Assembly (NCBI GenBank): GCA_040767805.1
Contig: JAXGNU010000002.1
Location: 32,001 to 96,000 of the forward strand
Length of the DNA stretch: 64,000 bases
Reading direction: 5' to 3'
Source of the DNA: Thermovirgaceae bacterium
Lineage (GTDB): Bacteria > Synergistota > Synergistia > Synergistales > Thermovirgaceae
The position numbers and the translations under genes were made by a program. The notes under the pieces were generated by a model. The model was not told the origin of the DNA, searched no databases, and saw only the letters and a program-made list of their open reading frames with translations. Below are positions 40,837-49,517 of this stretch, piece after piece. Numbering within the stretch: the first letter of the stretch is position 1; the number at the start of each line of letters is the position of its first letter.

Positions 40837-41075
40837 GGAGATCCACTCCCCCCCAACAGCTCCTTCATCCTGATCTCGGCAGACTCGATGGAATAGGCGA
40901 GCTTGAAGCAGGCCAGCAAGAGCCTCTCATCCTGTTCCATCGACTGATCCAGCCCGACGACGCTCTCCTTGGCGATCTGCAGGACCCTCTCGAACCTGCC
41001 CTCGTCAAGGCGGGTCAGCAGGGGGTAACTTTTCTTGCCCAGCGTGACAAGGACTCTGCGTGGATCCTCTCGCAA
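40833..41075 (-). CDS. zapA: Cell division protein ZapA-like
   Basis: 80 aa, V.VTLGKKSY.L N-terminal strands followed by helices; synteny. Confidence 0.7.
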   Translation of the reverse strand: MREDPRRVLVTLGKKSYPLLTRLDEGRFERVLQIAKESVVGLDQSMEQDERLLLACFKLAYSIESAEIRMKELLGGSGSP

Positions 41076-41095
41076 CTGGGGCCCTCCTCTCTGGA

Positions 41096-41476
41096 TCAGA
41101 AACGATCCGCAAGGTCACCCTGGTGGGGGTCTTTATCGAACTTGAACAGTTCCCCCGCGGGTGCCTCCGGCGGAGCCTCTTCACTCTCGAGAGGGCCAGG
41201 CTCATCTTCCGCCTCCGAGAGGTCCTGGTCTGCAGGAGGATCCTGTTCCGCCGCAGGCTCCCAAGAGGCCCTCAACTTCTCCAGGAGGGCGGCGAGCCTT
41301 TTCTCGGTGACCTCCCTTTCCTGACTGAGCGTGTCCATCTCCTTTTCTTTCCCTTCGAGGATGCCCCTGAGGGTTTCCAATTCTTCGCCCATCCGGTCCT
41401 TTTCGGCCTTCAGTTCGGACATAGCTGCCGATACCTTGTCGATGAGGCTCTCTAAACTGTCGATCTGGTCAAGCAT
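41096..41476 (-). CDS. Coiled-coil protein (ZapB-like) with acidic tail
   Basis: Heptad-rich LDQIDSLESLIDKV...; lies between pheT and zapA. Confidence 0.65.
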   Translation of the reverse strand: MLDQIDSLESLIDKVSAAMSELKAEKDRMGEELETLRGILEGKEKEMDTLSQEREVTEKRLAALLEKLRASWEPAAEQDPPADQDLSEAEDEPGPLESEEAPPEAPAGELFKFDKDPHQGDLADRF

Positions 41477-41491
41477 TTTGTCCCCTCCCCC

Positions 41492-43879
41492 TTATCTTAA
41501 TCTTATCCCCCTCTGGACCAGTTGATCCCTTAGCCTTCCCTGGACCTGGTCGACTTCGTCATCCCTCAATGTCCTTTCGGGGTCACGGTAGGCCAGGGTG
41601 TAGGCGAGGCTCCGATGACCCTCCGGGATCCCCTTTCCCTTGTAAATATCGAAGAGCCTCACCTCTTCCAGGAGTGGGCCTCCCAGTTCACGGATAAGGG
41701 CGAGGACATCGGAGGAATAGACCCCTTCCTTCACCACCAGGGAAATATCCCTGAAGACGGGGGGATACTTCCGAACCTCACCGAAGGAAGCCTTCCCGTC
41801 ATGGACCAGGGGTTCCATGTCCAGTTCAAAAAGAAAGACCGGCGCCGGTAGTTCCATCTCCGACTCGATCTCCGGTTTGAAGGCCGAAAGGTAGCCGACG
41901 TCCCGCCCGTCGGCCAGCACCCGTGCCGTCTTCCCAGCATGCCCGAAGGGCTCGCTCCCGGGAATGAGGTCCACGGCGACTCCCCGGCTCGCGAATATCG
42001 CCTCGATATCGGCGGCGACGGAATGGAGGTCTTCCGTCTCCTGATCGCCCCAGGGCGAACGGCTGTCGACACCAGGGCAGACGCACCCCCCCAGCTTGAA
42101 GATCTCCTCGACCTCCCGGCCCCTCCTGAAAAAGACCATGCCTGTCTCGAAAATCCTTATGGCCCTCCTCCAGCCGGAACTTATATTCTTCAAAACGGCC
42201 TGGACCAGCCCCGGGACAAGGGTAGTCCTCAAGACTGACATGTCCACGCTCAGGGGGTTGGAGAGAGCTACCGGGGACGACCTGGGGTCCGGCCCCGGGA
42301 AGCGGAGCGCCGCAATGGCCTGCGGCGAGACGAAGCAGTAGGTCACCACCTCGGAATATCCCCTTGCCATGGCGGTAGAGCGGACGGCCCGCTCGGCCCT
42401 CATCCTGTCAGTGATGTCGCCGGTAGCGTGCATGACCGGGGGCAGCTCCGCCGCCACCTTGTCATAACCCCTTATGCGGGCCACTTCCTCGATGAGGTCT
42501 TCCTCGATGGAGATGTCCGGCCTGAAGGAAGGGATGTTGTAGTACCTGATGGAAGGGTCCCTGTCACCGGTGGAGATCCCAAGCCTCTCGAGAATGGCCG
42601 TTGCCATGTCAAGGTCCCCCGTCCCGATGATCTTGCCGAGGACCTTCGAGGTAAGGGCGACCCTCCGTTCCTTTTGGGCGGCTTCCCCGGCGGCGATCCA
42701 CCCCGCGGGGACGCCTGCCCCCCATGAAGCCATCATATCCATGGCCACCGCGAGGGCCGTCTCGGCCTTGCAGGGGTCCACGAAGCGGGAGAACCGGTAG
42801 GCCGCTTCGCTGGGGATACCCAGCTTCCGGGATGCCCTGCTGACTTTTATGCTGTCGAAGTGGGCCGATTCCAGCAATACCCGGGTGGTATCCCCGCTGA
42901 TCTCGCTTTCCTCCCCGCCCATCACTCCGGCGACGGCGACGGGCTTTCCCCCACTGGTGATAAGGAGATCTTCGCTGTCAAGAATCCTGGTTTTACCATC
43001 GAGGGTCAGGATCATCTCCCCCTCCCGGGCCAGCCGCACGGTGATCTCCCTGCCCGGGAGGCGGGCGTCGTCAAAGGCATGAAGGGGCTGTCCCACCAAG
43101 AGCATTACCAGGTTGGTCGCGTCAACTACATTGGAGATGGGCCTCATTCCAGAGAGAAGGAGCCTGACCCTGGCTCTCATCGGCGAAGGTTTGATCCTGA
43201 CCCCCTCCAGCGCGCCGAGGGCGTAGAAAGGGCAGCCACTGTCAGTGAGGGTGATCCCCTCGAAACCCTCGAGCCGCGCCGCCCTGGGTGGTACCGCCTG
43301 GGATATCCCCTTGTACCGCGCCTCGGGGAAGAGGGCCGAGACTTCCCTGGCCAGGCCGACCATGCTCAGAAGGTCGCCCCTGTCGGGCGTTATGGAGAGT
43401 TCCAGGACCGTATCGTCGAGGCCGAGGGCCACCCTGACGTCCTCCCCGGGGGTGAAGCCCTCCCCCATCCTGAGTATCCCGTACTCGTCGGCGATCCCGG
43501 GGAGGCCGATCTCCTCGGCGGACAGCACCATGCCCTCGCTGACCACTCCCTGGAAATCCCTGCAGGAAACCTCCGTCCCATCGGCCAAGACGCACCCGGG
43601 GGGACCCCAGGGAACCACGTCGCCTTCCTCCAGGTTCCTGGCCACCGTCACGCACACTCCTTTTCTCTTGCCGGCATCGACGGTGAGGACAAAAAGGTCC
43701 GGCCTCCCGGGGTGTACGGCGATGGAAGCGACCCTGGCCGTCAAGGCGCCGCGGAACAGTGATACTGGGACTTCAATGCCCTCGACCTCGGCCCCGGTGT
43801 CGGTAAGTCTCTGGGCCAGCGCCTCGGTCTCCACGGGGATATCCACCAGTTCCTTGAGCCAGTTGAGCGATGCGAACAT
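41492..43879 (-). CDS. pheT: Phenylalanyl-tRNA synthetase beta subunit
   Basis: ITPDRGD, RPISNVVD, EDLIEEVARI, FDIYKG...SLAY. Confidence 0.98.
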   Translation of the reverse strand: MFASLNWLKELVDIPVETEALAQRLTDTGAEVEGIEVPVSLFRGALTARVASIAVHPGRPDLFVLTVDAGKRKGVCVTVARNLEEGDVVPWGPPGCVLADGTEVSCRDFQGVVSEGMVLSAEEIGLPGIADEYGILRMGEGFTPGEDVRVALGLDDTVLELSITPDRGDLLSMVGLAREVSALFPEARYKGISQAVPPRAARLEGFEGITLTDSGCPFYALGALEGVRIKPSPMRARVRLLLSGMRPISNVVDATNLVMLLVGQPLHAFDDARLPGREITVRLAREGEMILTLDGKTRILDSEDLLITSGGKPVAVAGVMGGEESEISGDTTRVLLESAHFDSIKVSRASRKLGIPSEAAYRFSRFVDPCKAETALAVAMDMMASWGAGVPAGWIAAGEAAQKERRVALTSKVLGKIIGTGDLDMATAILERLGISTGDRDPSIRYYNIPSFRPDISIEEDLIEEVARIRGYDKVAAELPPVMHATGDITDRMRAERAVRSTAMARGYSEVVTYCFVSPQAIAALRFPGPDPRSSPVALSNPLSVDMSVLRTTLVPGLVQAVLKNISSGWRRAIRIFETGMVFFRRGREVEEIFKLGGCVCPGVDSRSPWGDQETEDLHSVAADIEAIFASRGVAVDLIPGSEPFGHAGKTARVLADGRDVGYLSAFKPEIESEMELPAPVFLFELDMEPLVHDGKASFGEVRKYPPVFRDISLVVKEGVYSSDVLALIRELGGPLLEEVRLFDIYKGKGIPEGHRSLAYTLAYRDPERTLRDDEVDQVQGRLRDQLVQRGIRLR

Positions 43880-44922
43880 TATCGGCGCGCTCCCTTCGAG
43901 TTGAGAAAAGCCAGGTCGCCCTCGAAGAAGACCCTCAGGTCGTTCAGCCCGTACTTGAGCATGGCGATACGGTCAAGTCCCATCCCCCAAGCGAAGCCGT
44001 TGTAGCGCGACGGATCGATACCCCCGGCACGGATGACGTTGGGGTGGGTCATCCCCATCCCCGAGATCTCCAGCCAGCCGGTCCCCTTGCATATCCGGCA
44101 CCCCGGGTCCTTCCCGGAGCAGGCTACGCACTCCACGTCCATCTCAAGGGACGGCTCCGTGAAGGGGAAGTAGCTGCCCCTGTACCGGGCCTTCAACGGA
44201 CGGCCGAATATCCGGTTGACAAAAGCCTCCAGGCAACCCTTGAGGTGGGCCAGGGAGATATTCTCGTCCACCAGCAGTCCCTCGAGCTGGTGAAACATGG
44301 GGGTGTGGGTCTGATCGCTGTCCCTCCTGAAGACCTTCCCGGGGACGATTATCCTCAAGGGGGCGCCCCATTTCCTCATGGACCTCACCTCTACCGGGGA
44401 GGTATGGGTCCTCAGGAGCAACCCGTTCTCGAGGTAAAAGGTGTCCTGCATATCCCTCGCCGGGTGGTGGGGCGGAATATTCAGACCCTCGAAGTTATGG
44501 AAGTCATCCTCCACCTCGGGACCATAGGCCACGGAAAAACCCATGGAGACGAATATATCGATAGCTTCCTGGGTGACCTGGGCCACGGGGTGGAAGGCAC
44601 CCCAGGGACGGCCCCTGCCGGGGAGGGTTACATCGAGCCACTCCTCCCTTTCGCGGGCGTTCACCTGGTCGCCGGCACACTTCCTCGTCCTTTCCGCCAG
44701 GGACACCTCCATGGAATCCCTCAATTCGTTGAGTACCCTGCCGGCCTCGGGGCGCTCATCGGCAGGGAGAGAACCCAACCGCTTGAGCAAGGAGGTGACC
44801 TCCCCCTTCTTGCCGAGGAAGCGGACTCTCACACCCTGCAGCGCCTCCAAGGTATCCGCCGCTGAAAGGGCCGATCGGAACAAGGCCTCGATCCGCCTTA
44901 CGTCATCGTGAATATCACTCAA
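43879..44922 (-). CDS. pheS: Phenylalanyl-tRNA synthetase alpha subunit
   Basis: HPARDMQDTF, LRTHTS, FHQLEG, YFPFTEPS, GMGLDR. Confidence 0.98.
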   Translation of the reverse strand: MSDIHDDVRRIEALFRSALSAADTLEALQGVRVRFLGKKGEVTSLLKRLGSLPADERPEAGRVLNELRDSMEVSLAERTRKCAGDQVNAREREEWLDVTLPGRGRPWGAFHPVAQVTQEAIDIFVSMGFSVAYGPEVEDDFHNFEGLNIPPHHPARDMQDTFYLENGLLLRTHTSPVEVRSMRKWGAPLRIIVPGKVFRRDSDQTHTPMFHQLEGLLVDENISLAHLKGCLEAFVNRIFGRPLKARYRGSYFPFTEPSLEMDVECVACSGKDPGCRICKGTGWLEISGMGMTHPNVIRAGGIDPSRYNGFAWGMGLDRIAMLKYGLNDLRVFFEGDLAFLNSKGARR

Positions 44923-45177
44923 GCGCTTTCCCTCCCTGGCGGGTTCAAGCACCCGTGAGTTCTCCCGTCCTGACCTGGGCGGACCTTGAACTGGCCGCAA
45001 AATCCAGGCCCGGGAGAGAAGGAACGACCCTGACCAGTATAATACCTTTACGGGGCTGAAGCGGCCCCAATTCTACCCTCCACCGCCAGTAATACGGTAA
45101 GGGTCCCCGCCAAAGCAATGGACAGGAACCCTGCGATGAACGACCGATATGGTCCGGGACGGCAGGCGGGGAGGCGG

Positions 45178-45537
45178 TTACTTCACCAGCGCCTCCCTGG
45201 CCTTGTCGACGAGCCTGGCGAAGGCTGGCATGTCCTGAACCGCCAGGTCCGCGAGTACCTTTCGGTTGATCTCGATGTTAGCGCACCGGAGACCGTTCAT
45301 GAACGTGCTGTAGGTCATATCGTTCATCCGCGCCCCGGCGCTTATCCTTGTTATCCAGAGCTTGCGGAAGTCTCTCTTCCTGGCCTTCCTGTCCTTGTAC
45401 GCGTTGGACATGGAATGAAGGTACGCTTCCTGCGCCCTCCGGAAAACGTTTTTTTTCCTTCCGAAGTAGCCCTTCGTGGCATCAAATAGTTTCTTTCTTT
45501 TCTGATCGCTGGCGCTTCCGCCCTTGACCCTGGGCAT
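45178..45537 (-). CDS. rplT: 50S ribosomal protein L20
   Basis: MPRVK, KGYFG, RKRDFRKLWITRI, INRKVLADLA. Confidence 0.98.
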   Translation of the reverse strand: MPRVKGGSASDQKRKKLFDATKGYFGRKKNVFRRAQEAYLHSMSNAYKDRKARKRDFRKLWITRISAGARMNDMTYSTFMNGLRCANIEINRKVLADLAVQDMPAFARLVDKAREALVK

Positions 45538-45587
45538 GACCGCTCACCTCTTTCGGTTGGTTGATACCAGATCGTTCGTTCCGACGC

Positions 45588-45785
45588 CTAGGCGTAGGGC
45601 AGAAGTGTATTCATCCGTTTCTCGAGGGAAGAGGCTATAACGCCCTTCCGGCGAAGGCGGCGAAGGCGTGCGGAGTCCTTCTTCCTGAGAAGGTGCCTAC
45701 GGCCGCCCTTTTGAAAAACGAATTTCCCCGTCCCTGTCCTCGTGAACCTTTTCTTGGCCCCCGAGTGGGTTTTCATCTTAAGCAT
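45588..45785 (-). CDS. rpmI: 50S ribosomal protein L35
   Basis: KMKTHSGAKKRF...LLPYA. Confidence 0.98.
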   Translation of the reverse strand: MLKMKTHSGAKKRFTRTGTGKFVFQKGGRRHLLRKKDSARLRRLRRKGVIASSLEKRMNTLLPYA

Positions 45786-45840
45786 GATCCAATTCCTCCT
45801 TCATCCTGAAACGACGGGAACGAAAAAGACACGCCCGAGG

Positions 45841-46443
45841 TCACTCCTCGACGGTAACCTTTGTCTTTTCCGTTTCCCCGGCGGCAGCGGCGTCTGCCAC
45901 CGCCGCCTTCGGCTTCTTCGCGGACTGCGGGACCGGCATCATCATCAGGCGCATATACCTTCCTTCCATTCGGGGAGGCATATCGACCTTCCCTATGCCC
46001 TCGCAATCCCTTACGACCTTGTCCAGAACCTCCCGGCCCCGGTCAAGGAACGCCATCTCCCTCCCCCTGAAAAAAACGGCCACCTTGACCCTGTAGCCCG
46101 AGAGGAGAAAATCCTTGATGGCGCGCACCTTGAAGTTGTAGTCGTGCAGGTCTATCTTCGGTCTCATCTTCATTTCCTTGACGACCTGCCCCTTGGACTT
46201 TTTCCTTGCGTCCTTGTCCCTCTTCTGTTGCTGGAACCGGTACTTGCCGTAATCGAGTATCCTGCAGACCGGAGGATCGGCCTGGGCGGAAACCTCCACC
46301 AGGTCCAACTCCCTCTCTTCGGCAAGTGCCAACGCCTGCGCAAGGGGGACCACCCCGACCTTGACCCCCTGGTCGTCGATCAGGAGAACTTCCTTGGCCC
46401 GAATCTCATCGTTGGTGCGCGGCTCCTCGTTGTTTTTAGCTAT
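45841..46443 (-). CDS. infC: Translation initiation factor IF-3 (ATA start)
   Basis: DLVEV, PPVCRILDYGKY, FRGRE; frame extends up to an ATA 7 nt after GGAGGTG (ATA-GCT-AAA...RTNDEIRA). Confidence 0.96.
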   Translation of the reverse strand: MAKNNEEPRTNDEIRAKEVLLIDDQGVKVGVVPLAQALALAEERELDLVEVSAQADPPVCRILDYGKYRFQQQKRDKDARKKSKGQVVKEMKMRPKIDLHDYNFKVRAIKDFLLSGYRVKVAVFFRGREMAFLDRGREVLDKVVRDCEGIGKVDMPPRMEGRYMRLMMMPVPQSAKKPKAAVADAAAAGETEKTKVTVEE

Positions 46444-46459
46444 AACTCGTCACCTCCAC

Positions 46460-46612
46460 TGAAAAAATATGGCCGGACTCTGAAAAGCCCGGCCTCTATG
46501 TCCCATAAGTACCAACAGGGCGAAATCTCTTTCGCTCCCCTGGCACGAAACCCTTGAACAACCCCGTTCGGGGCGTCGGCGGGTGGGAGGCTCGGCTCCT
46601 CTTCATCGTTAT
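46460..46612 (-). promoter_or_regulatory. L20 leader-like structured 5' UTR
   Basis: GGAGCCGAGCCTCCCACCCG segment and GGCCGGGC/GTCCGGCC hairpin plus T-tract upstream of infC-rpmI-rplT; upstream TTGCGC-18-TAAAAT. Confidence 0.55.
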
Positions 46613-46717
46613 CCTTGTCCGCTAGGACTTGACAAGGGATTTTACCATGAAATACCGGGCCCGCGCAAGGGCAATGGGGTCATGCAGACCTGCTCGGCTC
46701 ATTTTTCACGGACTCGC

Positions 46718-46761
46718 TTGACAAAAGGGCGGGTTTAGATTATATGAATAGTTGCTCATAT
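46718..46761 (+). promoter_or_regulatory. Promoter with ArsR/CadC-type operator
   Basis: TTGACA at 46718; imperfect palindrome ATATGAATA-GT-TGCTCATAT over the -10 region. Confidence 0.75.
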
Positions 46762-46765
46762 ATTC

Positions 46766-47146
46766 ATGAATGAGGTGAATCCGTTGGAACGGAGGGTGAA
46801 TATACCCGAGGCCATCCACGGGGAGACCGTGAGGGCCGCGAAGAACAGGATGCCTGAAGAAGGTTTCTGTCACTCCTTGGCGGGCTTCTTCAAGGTCCTC
46901 GGTGATACGACCAGGGTGAGGATACTCCTGGCGCTCGCCCTTTCAGAAATGTGCGTGGCCGACATAGCCTGCCTGCTTGGAATGACCCAATCGGCCATTT
47001 CCCACCAACTAAGGGTCCTCAGGCAGGCACGGCTGGTCAAGGCCAGAAGGATGGGAAAGATATCCCTCTACTCCCTCGACGATGAGCATGTCGAAAGGAT
47101 CGTCGCTGAAGGGGCCAAACACCTCAGCCACGGGGATCGGAGGTGA
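46766..47146 (+). CDS. ArsR/SmtB/CadC metal-sensing repressor
   Basis: FFKVLGDTTRVRIL, CVADIA, QSAISHQLRVL, YSLDDEHV. Confidence 0.94.
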   Translation: MNEVNPLERRVNIPEAIHGETVRAAKNRMPEEGFCHSLAGFFKVLGDTTRVRILLALALSEMCVADIACLLGMTQSAISHQLRVLRQARLVKARRMGKISLYSLDDEHVERIVAEGAKHLSHGDRR

Positions 47147-47153
47147 CGCGGTC

Positions 47154-49313
47154 ATGAAAAAGGACCGACGGGACCAAGAGGACCGCCGCTTGGTTTTCCG
47201 CCTGGAAGGCCTCCATTGCCGAATCTGCGCCCTGGGTATTGAGAGATCCTCAGCAGCGCTGGATTGGGTCGAAGGTTCTTCCGTCGATCCCGTCACTTCG
47301 AAGCTGACCCTCACCATCCGCCAGGGATCGGATCCCCCCGGGGAACCCCTTTTGAAGATCCAGGAGATCGTCGACGGCATCGAACCCGGCGTCAGGGTCT
47401 TGCCCGAAGATGATCCGGTGAGTATGGGTTTTCACAAGGAAGGGAGCAAGGCCTTGAAGTCCTTTTCGGCCAGGGTCCTCCCGGGGCTCCTCCTATGGGG
47501 CGGCGCGCTTACGCTGGCGCCGGGGACACCTCTGCGGACAGTCCTCTTCCTGGCCGCCTACATCCTGTCCGGGTGGCCCATTGTACTGAAGGCCCTCGAA
47601 AACTTGCTCCGGGGCAGAGTTTTCGATGAGTACTTCCTCATGACAGTAGCTACGCTGGGCGCACTGGCCATAGGAGAGTACCCCGAGGCGGTCGCGGTAA
47701 TGCTCTTTTTCAGGACCGGCGAGATCCTGGAAGAAAGCGCCGTCGAAAAGGCCGGCGGGTCGATCACCTCCCTGGTGGAGATAATCCCCGACAAGGCTAA
47801 CCTGCTCGACGAAGGCGGCAGGGAGGAAACGGTGGCTTCCCGGTCCCTTAAACCCGGTGACAGGATCCTCGTGAAACCGGGCGAGAGGATACCCGTCGAT
47901 GGTGTCGTATCGGAGGGGTATTCCAGCCTCGACACGTCATCGATCACCGGGGAGTCGGTCCCCAGGGATGTTGCGGCGGGAGACCCCGTCCTGGCCGGGT
48001 TCCTGAACAGCCAGGGCACCCTGCGCGTCGAAGTCTCGAGGCCGCTTGAGTCTTCGGCGGCGTCAAGGATCCTGGCGGCCATCGGCAACGCGGGTTCAAA
48101 AAAGACCCGGACCGAACGGCTCGCCACGTCCTTTGCTAGGTTCTACACTCCCTCCGTGGTGATCCTGGCGATCCTTATCGCTTCGATCCCGCCAATGATA
48201 GGGACAGGCGACTTCGAGACCTGGCTCTACAGGGCTTTGATATTCCTCGTCGCATCCTGCCCCTGCGCTCTTCTCATATCGATCCCGCTGGGCATTTTTG
48301 CGGGCATAGGCTCCGCCTCCGGGAAGGGAATCCTGGTCAAGGGGGGCGATGTCCTCGAGAGGTTGCCCCTGGTTGACACGATCTTCCTCGACAAAACCGG
48401 GACCATGACCACCGGCCGCTTCCACCTGGCCGGAGTCCACCCCCAGGAGGGGAGGTCGGCCGACTCCCTCCTTGCGTTGGCCGTCACCGCCGAGAGGAGT
48501 TCCAATCACCCCCTCGCCGAGGCCGTGAGGTCCGGGTGGGGGCACCGCCCCTTGCCGGAACTTCCCCTTTCGGCCATCGAGCGTCCCGGTCTCGGTATCG
48601 AGGCGAAAACCCCCGAGTCTCATATCCTGGCCGGCAACAGGAGGTTCATGCTCGAGAACGGGGTTGAATCGCCCGACCCCTCATCGACGGGTACGGTGAT
48701 CCACGTGGCGGAAAACGGCGTTTACGCGGGGTACCTGGTCCTGGCTGATACCGTCAAGGCAGAGGCCCCCCACGCGGTCAAGGAACTGAGGGAACTGGGC
48801 GTCGGCCGTATTTTCCTCCTCTCGGGCGACCTGGAGGGCCCCACCGTGGATGTGGAGAAGCGGCTTTCCTTGGACGGGTCCTTCTGGGGCCTCCTGCCCG
48901 AGGAGAAGGTGGCGCTCCTTGAGGAAATGCAGACCGCCAACCCGGGAAAGGGCGTAAGCGCTTTCGTGGGCGACGGACTAAACGATGCCCCCGTCATCGC
49001 CAGGGCCGGCGTAGGCATCTCCATGGGAAAGGTTGGTTCCGACATCACCGTCGACAACGCCGACGTGGTCATCATGAACGACCACCTGTCGGGCCTGCCG
49101 GAAGCCCTGAGGATAGCCCGGAAAACAAGGGGAGTGATCTGGCAGAACATCCTTTTGTCCCTCGCGGTGAAGGCGGCCGTCCTGGCCCTCGGCGCCTTCG
49201 GAGCGGCGACCCTTTGGGAAGCGGTTTTCGCCGACGTGGGAATGACCCTCCTGGCCGTCATCAACTCTTCGAGGATCCTGCGATGGTCCCGGAGACAACG
49301 GGCCGCTGCCTAA
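47154..49313 (+). CDS. cadA: Heavy-metal (Cd/Zn/Pb) P1B-type ATPase
   Basis: N-terminal CxxC (HCRIC), TGES, SCPC, DKTGT, HP, GDGLND, VFADVG. Confidence 0.93.
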   Translation: MKKDRRDQEDRRLVFRLEGLHCRICALGIERSSAALDWVEGSSVDPVTSKLTLTIRQGSDPPGEPLLKIQEIVDGIEPGVRVLPEDDPVSMGFHKEGSKALKSFSARVLPGLLLWGGALTLAPGTPLRTVLFLAAYILSGWPIVLKALENLLRGRVFDEYFLMTVATLGALAIGEYPEAVAVMLFFRTGEILEESAVEKAGGSITSLVEIIPDKANLLDEGGREETVASRSLKPGDRILVKPGERIPVDGVVSEGYSSLDTSSITGESVPRDVAAGDPVLAGFLNSQGTLRVEVSRPLESSAASRILAAIGNAGSKKTRTERLATSFARFYTPSVVILAILIASIPPMIGTGDFETWLYRALIFLVASCPCALLISIPLGIFAGIGSASGKGILVKGGDVLERLPLVDTIFLDKTGTMTTGRFHLAGVHPQEGRSADSLLALAVTAERSSNHPLAEAVRSGWGHRPLPELPLSAIERPGLGIEAKTPESHILAGNRRFMLENGVESPDPSSTGTVIHVAENGVYAGYLVLADTVKAEAPHAVKELRELGVGRIFLLSGDLEGPTVDVEKRLSLDGSFWGLLPEEKVALLEEMQTANPGKGVSAFVGDGLNDAPVIARAGVGISMGKVGSDITVDNADVVIMNDHLSGLPEALRIARKTRGVIWQNILLSLAVKAAVLALGAFGAATLWEAVFADVGMTLLAVINSSRILRWSRRQRAAA

Positions 49314-49517
49314 GGAGCCGCCGCCCGATCCCACCCGGTAAGAAACAAGACCAGCGGACGTCCCTTGAACATTTCCGGGATTGCGGCTTTTGCCAAACCC
49401 TTTTTGAAAGGGGGAGTATAATTGAACAGGCCAAGGGGAAAGCCGCATTAGCGGAGTTGTTCGAAAAAAGCCGCAACCGGTCTGTGAAATTGACGGACTT
49501 CGAAAGGAGGAAACAAA

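Noticed and set aside
40800..41100. 6S RNA after zapA
   Set aside because: zapA overlaps cvpA, leaving no room.
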